Shown: positions 26,884 through 34,696 of the stretch, in pieces
Position numbering within the stretch: position 1 is the stretch's first letter
How the letters are laid out: each line of letters opens with the position of its first letter
DNA from: a virus
Taxonomy: Duplodnaviria; Caudoviricetes
Virus record (IMG/VR): IMGVR_UViG_3300024346_000003
Length of the DNA: 64,000 nt
Reading direction: 5' to 3' (one strand)
Notes under the pieces: model-generated
What the model was told of the DNA's origin: nothing
Seen by the model: the letters and a program-made list of their open reading frames with translations, nothing else
The model's database searches: none
Position numbers and translations under genes: made by a program

Positions 26884-28710
26884 TTACTGTAGTAATGTGA
26901 TTTCTACTCGTCTATTCTTGGCTTTACCTTGCGCCGTTGAGTTATCAGCAACTGGTCTAGAATCACCTTTACCATCTACCTCTTGGATACGTGATTTGGG
27001 AATTCCACGATTTTCAAGGTATTCAACTACCGCATTTGCTCTACCTTTAGATAAGGTCATGTTGCTTGATGGGTTACCAACGTTATCAGTGTGACCCACA
27101 ATTCTTAATTTAGAATCTTCCGCTTGCATTAACAAGTTATAGATTTTCTCTAAATCTTTATTTGATACTTGTTGAATTGTAGTACTTCCAGTTGCAAAGT
27201 TAATATTCCAGTTACCACTAGCCATAACGTGTGTTTTGTTTTTTGAGTAATCAGATTTTTCGACCATACCTACATCAATATCATCAATGTTTTTCAAGTA
27301 ACGTAAGTTTACAGCTTCATCGTAAGGTACAATTCTATCAACTGATTGCATAAATCCGTAAGGATTCAATTCACTTAAGTACGTTGATACTTGGTTATAT
27401 ACTGACTCATAACGATTGATACCATCACTGATACCGTAGTATTGCATAGCATCACCATAGTTAAGTACTCTTGACCCACCCATGTTGTATACAAGTCCGT
27501 TTTTATTACCTTTCGTACCTTTGAACATTGTGTACCAGTATTCAGGTGTTTCCATATCAAATGTCTTTGCAACACATTCAGATGCTTTTACTCTCCATGA
27601 ATCATATTGTTTCATTTGGTTAGATGCGGTCAATGCTGATTTAAGGATATTACTTACGATTTTAGGGTGTTTTGCCGCCCATTCTTTAACACCGATTAAA
27701 GTAGTTGCCATTTGATTTCTAAATTCATGTGTTGATACAACATCAGTAAATCCAGTCAATGCATCAAATACAACCTTATCACCAGGTGTCCATGTAGCAC
27801 AACCATCAATTTTCTTATTGATTGTCTTACCAGTCAATTTACCGTCTTTAACTTCTTTCAATTCAACAGTGAAACCATTCTTTTGAGATTTGATTAATTC
27901 TTTTGCAGAGTTAATATAGTCATCATCTTCAGATGGGTAAAAGTTTACAGCTTCAGGGTCATATGTTGTTACATCAGGATTAACTTTCAATCCATTAGCA
28001 AAAACGTAGTTTAATGAAGTTACCCAGTCACCATCACCAATAACAGTTGAGATAAGAGCACCTTTCATTGATTGTGGGTCTGTTTTCCATTCTTTAGGTC
28101 CGATTAATTTATCTTCACCATCTGACATACCGAAACAACCTTGCACTTCTACGTGATATTTACCTTCACCAAATTTATCATCTAATGCTGATTGCATAGT
28201 AGAGATGTAATATGGTGCACCATCACCCATTATAATAACACCATAAGCTGATTTATTAGATTTAGGATATTCAACACCACGGTCCATTTCCTCAATAAAC
28301 TTCAACTGCATATTCTTTAATTCGGTAACCCAGTCTTGTCTGATGATTTCCAAATTAACACCGTTTGCCTCCATAAGGGAACCTTCAGTTGTTTTTGGAC
28401 CACCATTTGCTACGATGATACCAGATTGGCCATTCCAAGCGTATCCAGCAATTCGTACTACTGATTTATCAGACATTTCACTTGATAACTCATCAGATGG
28501 TAAATCAATCAAAGTACTTCTCATACTGTTATCGATATTATCATCACTCAATTCCATTCCGTCTAGTGTTTTAGATTCATCTACACGAAGTCCAGGTGCT
28601 AAGAAATACACACCAGTTAAAACGATGGCTAAACCAGCCGCTAAAATAAAAATTTCAAATCCTGTAGTCAAACCTTGATTTGGATTTTTTCTGTTAAAAA
28701 TTTTTCCCAT
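26884..28710 (-). CDS. Periplasmic substrate-binding-like domain fused to C-terminal OmpA peptidoglycan-binding domain
   Basis: N-terminal TM; INFATGS...VGHTDNVG...LSKGRANAV...KNRRVEI. Confidence 0.8.
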   Translation of the reverse strand: MGKIFNRKNPNQGLTTGFEIFILAAGLAIVLTGVYFLAPGLRVDESKTLDGMELSDDNIDNSMRSTLIDLPSDELSSEMSDKSVVRIAGYAWNGQSGIIVANGGPKTTEGSLMEANGVNLEIIRQDWVTELKNMQLKFIEEMDRGVEYPKSNKSAYGVIIMGDGAPYYISTMQSALDDKFGEGKYHVEVQGCFGMSDGEDKLIGPKEWKTDPQSMKGALISTVIGDGDWVTSLNYVFANGLKVNPDVTTYDPEAVNFYPSEDDDYINSAKELIKSQKNGFTVELKEVKDGKLTGKTINKKIDGCATWTPGDKVVFDALTGFTDVVSTHEFRNQMATTLIGVKEWAAKHPKIVSNILKSALTASNQMKQYDSWRVKASECVAKTFDMETPEYWYTMFKGTKGNKNGLVYNMGGSRVLNYGDAMQYYGISDGINRYESVYNQVSTYLSELNPYGFMQSVDRIVPYDEAVNLRYLKNIDDIDVGMVEKSDYSKNKTHVMASGNWNINFATGSTTIQQVSNKDLEKIYNLLMQAEDSKLRIVGHTDNVGNPSSNMTLSKGRANAVVEYLENRGIPKSRIQEVDGKGDSRPVADNSTAQGKAKNRRVEITLLQ

Positions 28711-28814
28711 TTTTTTTCTTTTTTTGTTATTAATAATTGTTTTTAAATTTTACCTTACAAAGATAAGGATAACTTTTCAATTATCCAAATCTTTTTTGAT
28801 TTTTTTTTGATTAA

Positions 28815-29918
28815 TTAAAATAATTCACCAAATCCACCACTTTTCAACTTATCATCACCCGTTAATTTGTATTCTGGGTTGTTATAAGCTTTAGCTGAAG
28901 GTACAGTTTCAGTACCGATTCTAATTTGATTAGCTAATGTATCTAGATTTGTATATAGTTCATCACTATCCAATGAATATTTACTTGTTAAAGTATCAAT
29001 ATCATTTAAGTTACCAGCTGTGATTGCAATATCTTCAGCAATTGTACTTGTTACAACATCTAATGCGTAATCAAGTTCCCAGCTCTTAGTAAACAACATT
29101 GCTGATTTTGCACTTTCTGTAGCTTCTCTAGATTTTTGAGCAAATGCATAATCTTTCTTCAAGATTTCAATTGTTGCATCAAAGTCTAATACTTTAATAT
29201 CCATACTTGTCTCAACCATTATCAATTTTTGACCGAATTTCTTCATGATATTGGCTCTTGTACCATATTTAGTAACAAAATCTTTAGATTGTACCATTTG
29301 GTGACCTACACGTTGCGCTTCAGATAGTAACTTCATCAATTCAGCGTTACCATTTACATAGTCGTCAGAACCTCTAGCAGCCGCACCATCCTTAGCAACC
29401 ATTTCATCTAATTCAGCTTTTAATTTCTGAGCTTTACTTTGTAATGAAATAATACGGTTTTGCATTTCTTTAGCATCTTTCTCCGATTTATCAGCTTCAA
29501 CTTCCATATCTTGTCTAAGATTTGAAATTTTACCTTTAGATAATCTAAAATTTTGCTGATTAGCAATCATTAATTGTCTTTGTTTTTCCAACTCCATAAA
29601 AGGGTCATGTTTTATAATTGCCTTATGTAAGTTTCGTGTTAAAACTCGAATACCTTTCAATATAACTGGCATAGCAATCACTAAACCAACCAATAGTATT
29701 CCAGTTGCAGCAACTGCTAAAAATTGACCAATAGCTAAGAACAATGGTGGTAATACATATACCCATGTTAAATACCCCAATCCGATTAATGCTCCTAATT
29801 TCAAGAACCAGAATAATCCTTTTTCACCTTTTCTGAACTTGTCGATTTTGTTTGAAATCTCACCTTCAGAGAAGTGTTTCATAATAGGGAGATTCATGTA
29901 CGTGTTTTGTGTTTCCAT
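28815..29918 (-). CDS. Membrane-anchored coiled-coil protein (PspA-like, tentative)
   Basis: Two TM helices then long coiled coil. Confidence 0.5.
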   Translation of the reverse strand: METQNTYMNLPIMKHFSEGEISNKIDKFRKGEKGLFWFLKLGALIGLGYLTWVYVLPPLFLAIGQFLAVAATGILLVGLVIAMPVILKGIRVLTRNLHKAIIKHDPFMELEKQRQLMIANQQNFRLSKGKISNLRQDMEVEADKSEKDAKEMQNRIISLQSKAQKLKAELDEMVAKDGAAARGSDDYVNGNAELMKLLSEAQRVGHQMVQSKDFVTKYGTRANIMKKFGQKLIMVETSMDIKVLDFDATIEILKKDYAFAQKSREATESAKSAMLFTKSWELDYALDVVTSTIAEDIAITAGNLNDIDTLTSKYSLDSDELYTNLDTLANQIRIGTETVPSAKAYNNPEYKLTGDDKLKSGGFGELF

Positions 29919-29920
29919 TT

Positions 29921-30616
29921 TTACTTTAAATTATTAGTTAAACCTTGTTTTACTGCGTTAATTGATGACAGTATTTTATCTTTAGCTACATCATTAGCCA
30001 TTAATTTGCAATCTACTTCAGTTAATTCGTTTGCATATTTATTATCAATTTCTGAAAGTGATGATTGTTTTGATACAATTTGATTGCTGATTGCTTCCAT
30101 TTGCATTTTCAAACCATCAAGTTCACTAGACAATTGACTTCTTTCGTTTTCTTTAGTACTTAACAACTGATTTTTCTTAGTTGTACCGTTATCAACGTAA
30201 CTTTTATGAACTTTCATAATCTCATCAAAATAGTATTGAGATTGAGATAATAATGATTCTTTAGATACATTACCATCCATAGCTTTACCCATACTTAAGG
30301 CCATAGCATAAACTTGTGGATTATCAATACCACCACTAACCACAGCTTTATAGAATTCATAGAAATCATAACCAGCTTGATTCAAACCATCAAAACCAGA
30401 TTCATATAACTGAATGATTTTTTCTAAATGTGGTTGACATGAAGGGTTATTAATAGATGCAACTGTTGGTGTTACATTTGGAAATGTAGTGGGTGGTATC
30501 ATATTCGAAGTTTCGTTTACCCCTGGAAACTTAACTGCTTCTGTTACGATAGGTGCAACAGTTTCTGGTTTTTTTTCTTCCTCATTGTTAATAAAGAACA
30601 AATCTTTTAATCCCAT
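29921..30616 (-). CDS. Coiled-coil hypothetical protein, first gene of the ABC/OmpA operon
   Basis: 231 aa; promoter box at 30658. Confidence 0.6.
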   Translation of the reverse strand: MGLKDLFFINNEEEKKPETVAPIVTEAVKFPGVNETSNMIPPTTFPNVTPTVASINNPSCQPHLEKIIQLYESGFDGLNQAGYDFYEFYKAVVSGGIDNPQVYAMALSMGKAMDGNVSKESLLSQSQYYFDEIMKVHKSYVDNGTTKKNQLLSTKENERSQLSSELDGLKMQMEAISNQIVSKQSSLSEIDNKYANELTEVDCKLMANDVAKDKILSSINAVKQGLTNNLK

Positions 30617-30715
30617 TTTTTTTCTTTTTTTCGTTAATAATATTTTTAATTACCTGACAAAGATATGTATAATATTTCAATTAAACAAATATTTTTTAAT
30701 TTTTTTTGATTTTAG

Positions 30716-30788
30716 TTGAGATAAGGGGTTTCGAACCCCGTGTTTCCACCCGTCTAGGTGGCGTTCTAACCAATTAAACTATATCCCA
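30716..30788 (-). pseudogene. tRNA-like gene with 6-nt anticodon loop (TAGACG) and G3:U70
   Basis: TGGGATA/TATCTCA acceptor; CCACC-TAGACG-GGTGG. Confidence 0.5.
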
Positions 30789-30792
30789 ATTT

Positions 30793-30918
30793 GTCGATGT
30801 TAAGGGACTCGAACCCATGAGCGGATGCCTCCTATTGTGTTACCTATTATTTAACGTGGACTCGAACCACACAGCCACCAAGACCAAATCCGAATCGAAC
30901 GGAATACTCGCCAACAAC
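30793..30918 (-). ncRNA. Element with three TPsiC-like hairpins
   Basis: TCCG-TTCGATT-CGGA, GTGG-TTCGAGT-CCAC, GGG-TTCGAGT-CCC. Confidence 0.5.
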
Positions 30919-30925
30919 ACCGTTG

Positions 30926-31068
30926 TGGAGGATACAGGACTCGAACCTGTGGCCATGGGGTTATCCCCACATCTATTTATCAGGCTAATTCATTGTACTT
31001 CTGAATCTCAAACACCCTATCTTCAATGGTAACTATAGTTACTACTCTACCAACTGAGCTAATCCCCC
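30926..31068 (-). ncRNA. 143-nt alanine-identity tRNA-like RNA with internal reading frame (candidate mini-tmRNA)
   Basis: GGGGGAT/ATCCTCC (G3:U70), A73, D and T arms; anticodon arm replaced by about 80 nt containing a 16-codon frame ending TGA TAA. Confidence 0.6.
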
Positions 31069-31112
31069 AAATAAGATTTTTGTAATTACCTGGAATCTTA
31101 TAACCAGTTATG

Positions 31113-31186
31113 TGGAGCTAGGGGTGTATGATACCCCATCTCCGCATTGCAAGTGCGGTGTGTTAGCCAGTTGTCACCATAGCCCC
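31113..31186 (-). tRNA. tRNA-Ala(TGC), atypical T loop
   Basis: CCGCA-CTTGCAA-TGCGG; G3:U70; T loop ATCATAC. Confidence 0.8.
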
Positions 31187-31229
31187 AAAATTAAGATTTT
31201 TAATAGTATCATAGAATCTTTTAACTATG

Positions 31230-31305
31230 TGGCGGACGTGACGGGAGTTGAACCCGCTCCGAACTGCGTGACAGGCAGACATCTTAACCGTTTGACCTCA
31301 CATCC
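31230..31305 (-). tRNA. tRNA-Asp(GTC), CCA encoded
   Basis: TCTGC-CTGTCAC-GCAGT. Confidence 0.88.
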
Positions 31306-31371
31306 AAAGTTACTTTTTCTTTCTCAGCTATTCAGCGTCTAGGAAATATAAAAGTATAAAACCCTACATCG

Positions 31372-31440
31372 TTGTGAGTATGGGACTCGAACCCATATCA
31401 ACCGCTCACTGCGGCCATCCTGACCATTAGACGAACTCAC
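31372..31440 (-). pseudogene. Degenerate tRNA (GTG-like loop lacking U33)
   Basis: T arm ATGGG-TTCGAGT-CCCAT intact; loop CAGTGAG. Confidence 0.45.
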
Positions 31441-31512
31441 TAAACCAACTTTATCTGACTGCAATCATCAATCATTGGCTCTCTTGCAAGTATTGCAGTA
31501 CTTGCTTGATAG

Positions 31513-31584
31513 TACTGATACGGAGAATCGAACTCCGATTTTATGGTTGAAAACCATATGTCCTAACCGTTAGACGATACCAGC
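31513..31584 (-). tRNA. tRNA-Glu(TTC)
   Basis: TATGG-TTTTCAA-CCATA. Confidence 0.9.
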
Positions 31585-31587
31585 ATT

Positions 31588-31664
31588 TGGTGGGAACAGT
31601 GGGACTCGAACCCACGACACCTAGAGCTTCAATCTAGTGCTACTACCAACTGAGCTACATTCCC
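31588..31664 (-). tRNA. tRNA-Phe(GAA), CCA encoded
   Basis: CTAGA-TTGAAGC-TCTAG. Confidence 0.9.
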
Positions 31665-31743
31665 ATTTTACTTTTACAAAGATATAAACAATATTTTAAA
31701 TAAACAAATATTTTTATACTTTTTTTTTATTTTTTATGTAAAC

Positions 31744-31776
31744 AAAAAAAGCTCTGATTTTTAGGTCAGAGCTTTT
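31744..31776 (-). terminator. Attenuator terminator, tRNA operon B
   Basis: AAGCTCTGA-CCTAAAAA-TCAGAGCTT followed by a U tract. Confidence 0.88.
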
Positions 31777-31799
31777 ATCAATTATGTTAAACAATTACG

Positions 31800-31889
31800 T
31801 TAACTTATGACAATAGTTGACCTTCCCAAGCTTTCATCCGCCTCGGCTGCAAAAAATGCAAAATCAAATATGTTAGTTAATGTTCTCAT
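31800..31889 (-). CDS. Attenuator leader peptide B (Phe/Asp/Ala/Glu sensor), 29 aa
   Basis: MRTLTNIFDFAFFAAEADESLGRSTIVIS; codons 8-19 all F/D/A/E. Confidence 0.85.
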   Translation of the reverse strand: MRTLTNIFDFAFFAAEADESLGRSTIVIS

Positions 31890-31924
31890 TGTGTTTTTTT
31901 ATTCGTGTTCTAATTAAATATATG

Positions 31925-31955
31925 CAAATATACTAAAAGTTTTTTTATTTGTCAA
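31925..31955 (-). promoter_or_regulatory. Promoter of tRNA operon B
   Basis: TTGACA...TATATTTG, same block as operons A, C, D. Confidence 0.8.
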
Positions 31956-31974
31956 GTTTTTTTAAAACTTTTTT

Positions 31975-32625
31975 TTATTTTCTTATTTTACCTAGGAAAT
32001 CCTTAGCATTATTAATACCTATAGCGTTTACTATTTGTCTTAAAAAAGTTTGTCTACTTTCAGTATTACTTTCTTTATACTGATTTATAAGATTAACAAC
32101 TTCTTGTTCTTTATCTCTAGATAATTTTGTTTTATAATCAGCAACATCTGATATACTCATGTAATAGTAACCATCAATTAATTCAGCACTATCTAAAATT
32201 TCATTTGTTGACCTAACTCTTACATCAGCATATGAACCTCCAGCTTTTGATGGGTCCCAAATAGTAAAAGCTTCAATTGAACCGTCTGATGTTGGTCTAT
32301 ATATACCACCATTTTTTAATTCTTCCTGTAGTCCAGCATTTATCCAAAGTTGCTCATCTGGTATCACTATATCTAAATCACCAATAGTACCACTTAATCC
32401 AAATGCGTCTCTTAATTTGGGGTACAAATACAATCTAGCTGACCCACCAATGAAGTACGATTTATTATTGGGTACTATACCAAATTTTTTAAAAATTAAT
32501 TCATCAGCTTTACTTAATAATGTGTTTAAACCACTAGTGTCAACTTCATTTACTAAATCCTCACTTACGTTTTTCCAAAATTCTTTTAAAAAAAATTCGT
32601 TTATATAAATCTCACTTAATCTCAT
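31975..32625 (-). CDS. Nucleotidyltransferase-fold protein (tentative)
   Basis: FIGGSA...GDLDIVI signature. Confidence 0.5.
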   Translation of the reverse strand: MRLSEIYINEFFLKEFWKNVSEDLVNEVDTSGLNTLLSKADELIFKKFGIVPNNKSYFIGGSARLYLYPKLRDAFGLSGTIGDLDIVIPDEQLWINAGLQEELKNGGIYRPTSDGSIEAFTIWDPSKAGGSYADVRVRSTNEILDSAELIDGYYYMSISDVADYKTKLSRDKEQEVVNLINQYKESNTESRQTFLRQIVNAIGINNAKDFLGKIRK

Positions 32626-32932
32626 ATTCTTTTAATCTATCAATTACTTCTTTATTGTATTGACATTCAATTGTCAATTTTTTAAATGATAGAAACATAC
32701 TTAATGGTCTTGGTCCATTTAGAAATAAGAAATTATAAGCTGACCATTCACTAGTCACATAATAACTTTTTCTATTTTCCATTATATCCAATAAACACAT
32801 TGGGTGTTTATTGACATATTTCCAATCATATTTGTAACAAAGTTTAGATAAATTTTTCATAAATAACCTAAACTCAATAATTCTAGTGATTAATGTTACT
32901 AGAACAAACCCTAAAAGTGTAATTGCTATCAT
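32612..32932 (-). CDS. Hypothetical protein with N-terminal TM
   Basis: 106 aa. Confidence 0.5.
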   Translation of the reverse strand: MIAITLLGFVLVTLITRIIEFRLFMKNLSKLCYKYDWKYVNKHPMCLLDIMENRKSYYVTSEWSAYNFLFLNGPRPLSMFLSFKKLTIECQYNKEVIDRLKEYEIK

Positions 32933-33144
32933 ATTATAAATATTTAAACTTTATCAAATATAATAACTATTTTTGTACTATCCAAATTTATTTGATTATT
33001 TTTTTGATTATTTAAACCATAAGCATCACATGATGTTTTCTTTGTAGCACAAGATGCTAGTATTATTGCTAGTAATAGTAATTTTTTCATATTAATAAAT
33101 ATATACTAAAAATAAAAATGGTCAACACCTTGCTGACCATATTG

Positions 33145-33228
33145 TACGGATAGTCGGACTCGAACCGACAATCATATTTCAGAACACGGGTCTAAGCCGT
33201 GCGGGTCTACCAATTCCCCCATATCCGC
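33145..33228 (-). tRNA. tRNA-Leu(TAG)
   Basis: CACGG-CTTAGAC-CCGTG, long variable arm. Confidence 0.88.
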
Positions 33229-33232
33229 ATTT

Positions 33233-33335
33233 AAGATTGAAGTAGGTCTCAAACCTACACAGTAGCCTTTGTTAGACCTCTAATGCTACCACCCCAGGTT
33301 ATCGAGGCATGTCTATCAATTCCATCATTCAATCT
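33233..33335 (-). pseudogene. Leu-type tRNA-like gene with aberrant anticodon loop and enlarged variable arm
   Basis: AGATTGA/TCAATCT acceptor; Leu-type D arm ATGATGGAATTGATAGACAT; 8-nt loop GATAACCT. Confidence 0.5.
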
Positions 33336-33336
33336 A

Positions 33337-33419
33337 TGGTAGTCCGAGAGGGACTCGAACCCTCACTCCGAAGAACTGCGGCTTAAACACAGCGTGTATA
33401 CCAATTTCACCATCGGACC
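33337..33419 (-). tRNA. tRNA-Leu(TAA), CCA encoded
   Basis: CTGTG-TTTAAGC-CGCAG. Confidence 0.9.
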
Positions 33420-33465
33420 ATTTTGCACTTCCTACCCATCCATATCGTATAGTGCTAACCGCTAG

Positions 33466-33539
33466 TACACCCTGTAGGATTCGAACCTACGACCCTTCGG
33501 ATGTAAACCGAATGCTCTAACCAACTGAGCTAAGGATGT
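33466..33539 (-). tRNA. tRNA-Val(TAC)
   Basis: TTCGG-TTTACAT-CCGAA. Confidence 0.92.
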
Positions 33540-33550
33540 ATATGGTAGGT

Positions 33551-33880
33551 TTAACCTACCTTTATAAATGTTTCATTCTTTATGGCTTTACTAATCCATC
33601 TGTTAAGCTCGGAGCCTCTCATTTCACTGTAGAAAGTAGTTGTTCCAAGGTCTTCAGACAATGTTGTGACCACATCTGACTCCTTAACTTCTGCATCAAC
33701 TTCTAAAGTTGATACATGATATCTAACCTTTACATCAACTGTTGAAATTGGAAACTCGTATATATCACCAAACACTTCAATGTTGTAATACAAGTTACCA
33801 GCAATATAGTGACTAAACTTAGCCATTGCTTTTGACTTAAATAAGTCTTTTTTTATTTCAGTTTCATTAAACATAACCAT
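33551..33880 (-). CDS. Hypothetical protein inside tRNA operon C
   Basis: 109 aa between tRNA-Cys and tRNA-Val. Confidence 0.6.
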   Translation of the reverse strand: MVMFNETEIKKDLFKSKAMAKFSHYIAGNLYYNIEVFGDIYEFPISTVDVKVRYHVSTLEVDAEVKESDVVTTLSEDLGTTTFYSEMRGSELNRWISKAIKNETFIKVG

Positions 33881-34039
33881 TTTTTTTTCTTCGTTTAAAG
33901 AGTAACTTTATAGTATTTAAACTAATCTTATTATTTTTATCAGCTCTAACATGTCTAAAATTTTCATATGACCCTTTATATGTTCCCGTTAATACTACTT
34001 TCCCCTCATTATCTTTTCTTTCCATAATCTATCTTTTTG

Positions 34040-34112
34040 AGCTGGGAGAGGGATTTGAACCCCCGTATGTGGATTTGCAATCCACTGCCTAAAGCCACTC
34101 GACCATCCCAGC
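34040..34112 (-). tRNA. tRNA-Cys(GCA)
   Basis: GTGGA-TTGCAAA-TCCAC, U73. Confidence 0.92.
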
Positions 34113-34119
34113 ATTAAAC

Positions 34120-34152
34120 AAAAAACCCGAAGTGACTAATCGCTTCGGGTTG
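34120..34152 (-). terminator. Attenuator terminator, tRNA operon C
   Basis: AACCCGAAG-CGATTAGTCA-CTTCGGGTT followed by a U tract. Confidence 0.88.
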
Positions 34153-34180
34153 TGAATATTGTTTATTTATTATTAAACTA

Positions 34181-34255
34181 TCAACACAGCCCGAAACTGA
34201 CTACCACTAAAAGTAGACATAAGTTAAGTACCAAAATGTTGTTAATTGTTTTCAT
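34181..34255 (-). CDS. Attenuator leader peptide C (Leu/Val/Cys sensor), 24 aa
   Basis: MKTINNILVLNLCLLLVVVSFGLC; 11 of codons 8-19 are L/V/C. Confidence 0.85.
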   Translation of the reverse strand: MKTINNILVLNLCLLLVVVSFGLC

Positions 34256-34291
34256 CGTATTAATTTTTTAATCGTTTTAATTAAATATATG

Positions 34292-34322
34292 CAAATATAC
34301 TAAAAGTTTTTTAATTTGTCAA
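34292..34322 (-). promoter_or_regulatory. Promoter of tRNA operon C
   Basis: TTGACA...TATATTTG shared block. Confidence 0.8.
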
Positions 34323-34366
34323 GTTTTTATGTAAAAATATTTTTTTTATTTACAATTTAACCAAAT

Positions 34367-34696
34367 TTGATTATAATTTACCCAATGGATAAGGTATATT
34401 TACTAGCAAATGAAGAATGGACACAATTTAAAATTGGTGTCACAAAAAACGTAACTAATAAACGAAAAAGTGATTTACAAACTGGTAATGGTTCTGAAAT
34501 AATTATAGTTAATACTTTTGAAACTAGATTTTCAAACAAAGTTGAGAAGTGGTTGCATAGAAAATACAATTCAAAGCGATTAGTTGGTGAATGGTTTGCG
34601 CTTAATGACAATGATATTACTAATTTCATATCTGATTGTCAAAAAGCGCATGATACATTCCAATGTTTAATCGATAGTGGGAATCCTTTTATATAA
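34367..34696 (+). CDS. GIY-YIG domain protein (T5orf172/Mug113-like)
   Basis: VYLL...FKIGVTK...LQTGN...EKWLH...GEWF. Confidence 0.75.
   Translation: MIIIYPMDKVYLLANEEWTQFKIGVTKNVTNKRKSDLQTGNGSEIIIVNTFETRFSNKVEKWLHRKYNSKRLVGEWFALNDNDITNFISDCQKAHDTFQCLIDSGNPFI

Noticed and set aside
30817-31342. ORF calls 30817..31032 (-) and 31112..31342 (+)
   Set aside because: They overlap tRNA and tRNA-like genes and have no protein features.
31489-31508. GCAAGTA-CTGCAA-TACTTGC hairpin as a Cys anticodon mimic
   Set aside because: 6-nt loop, no tRNA context; probably a spacer hairpin.
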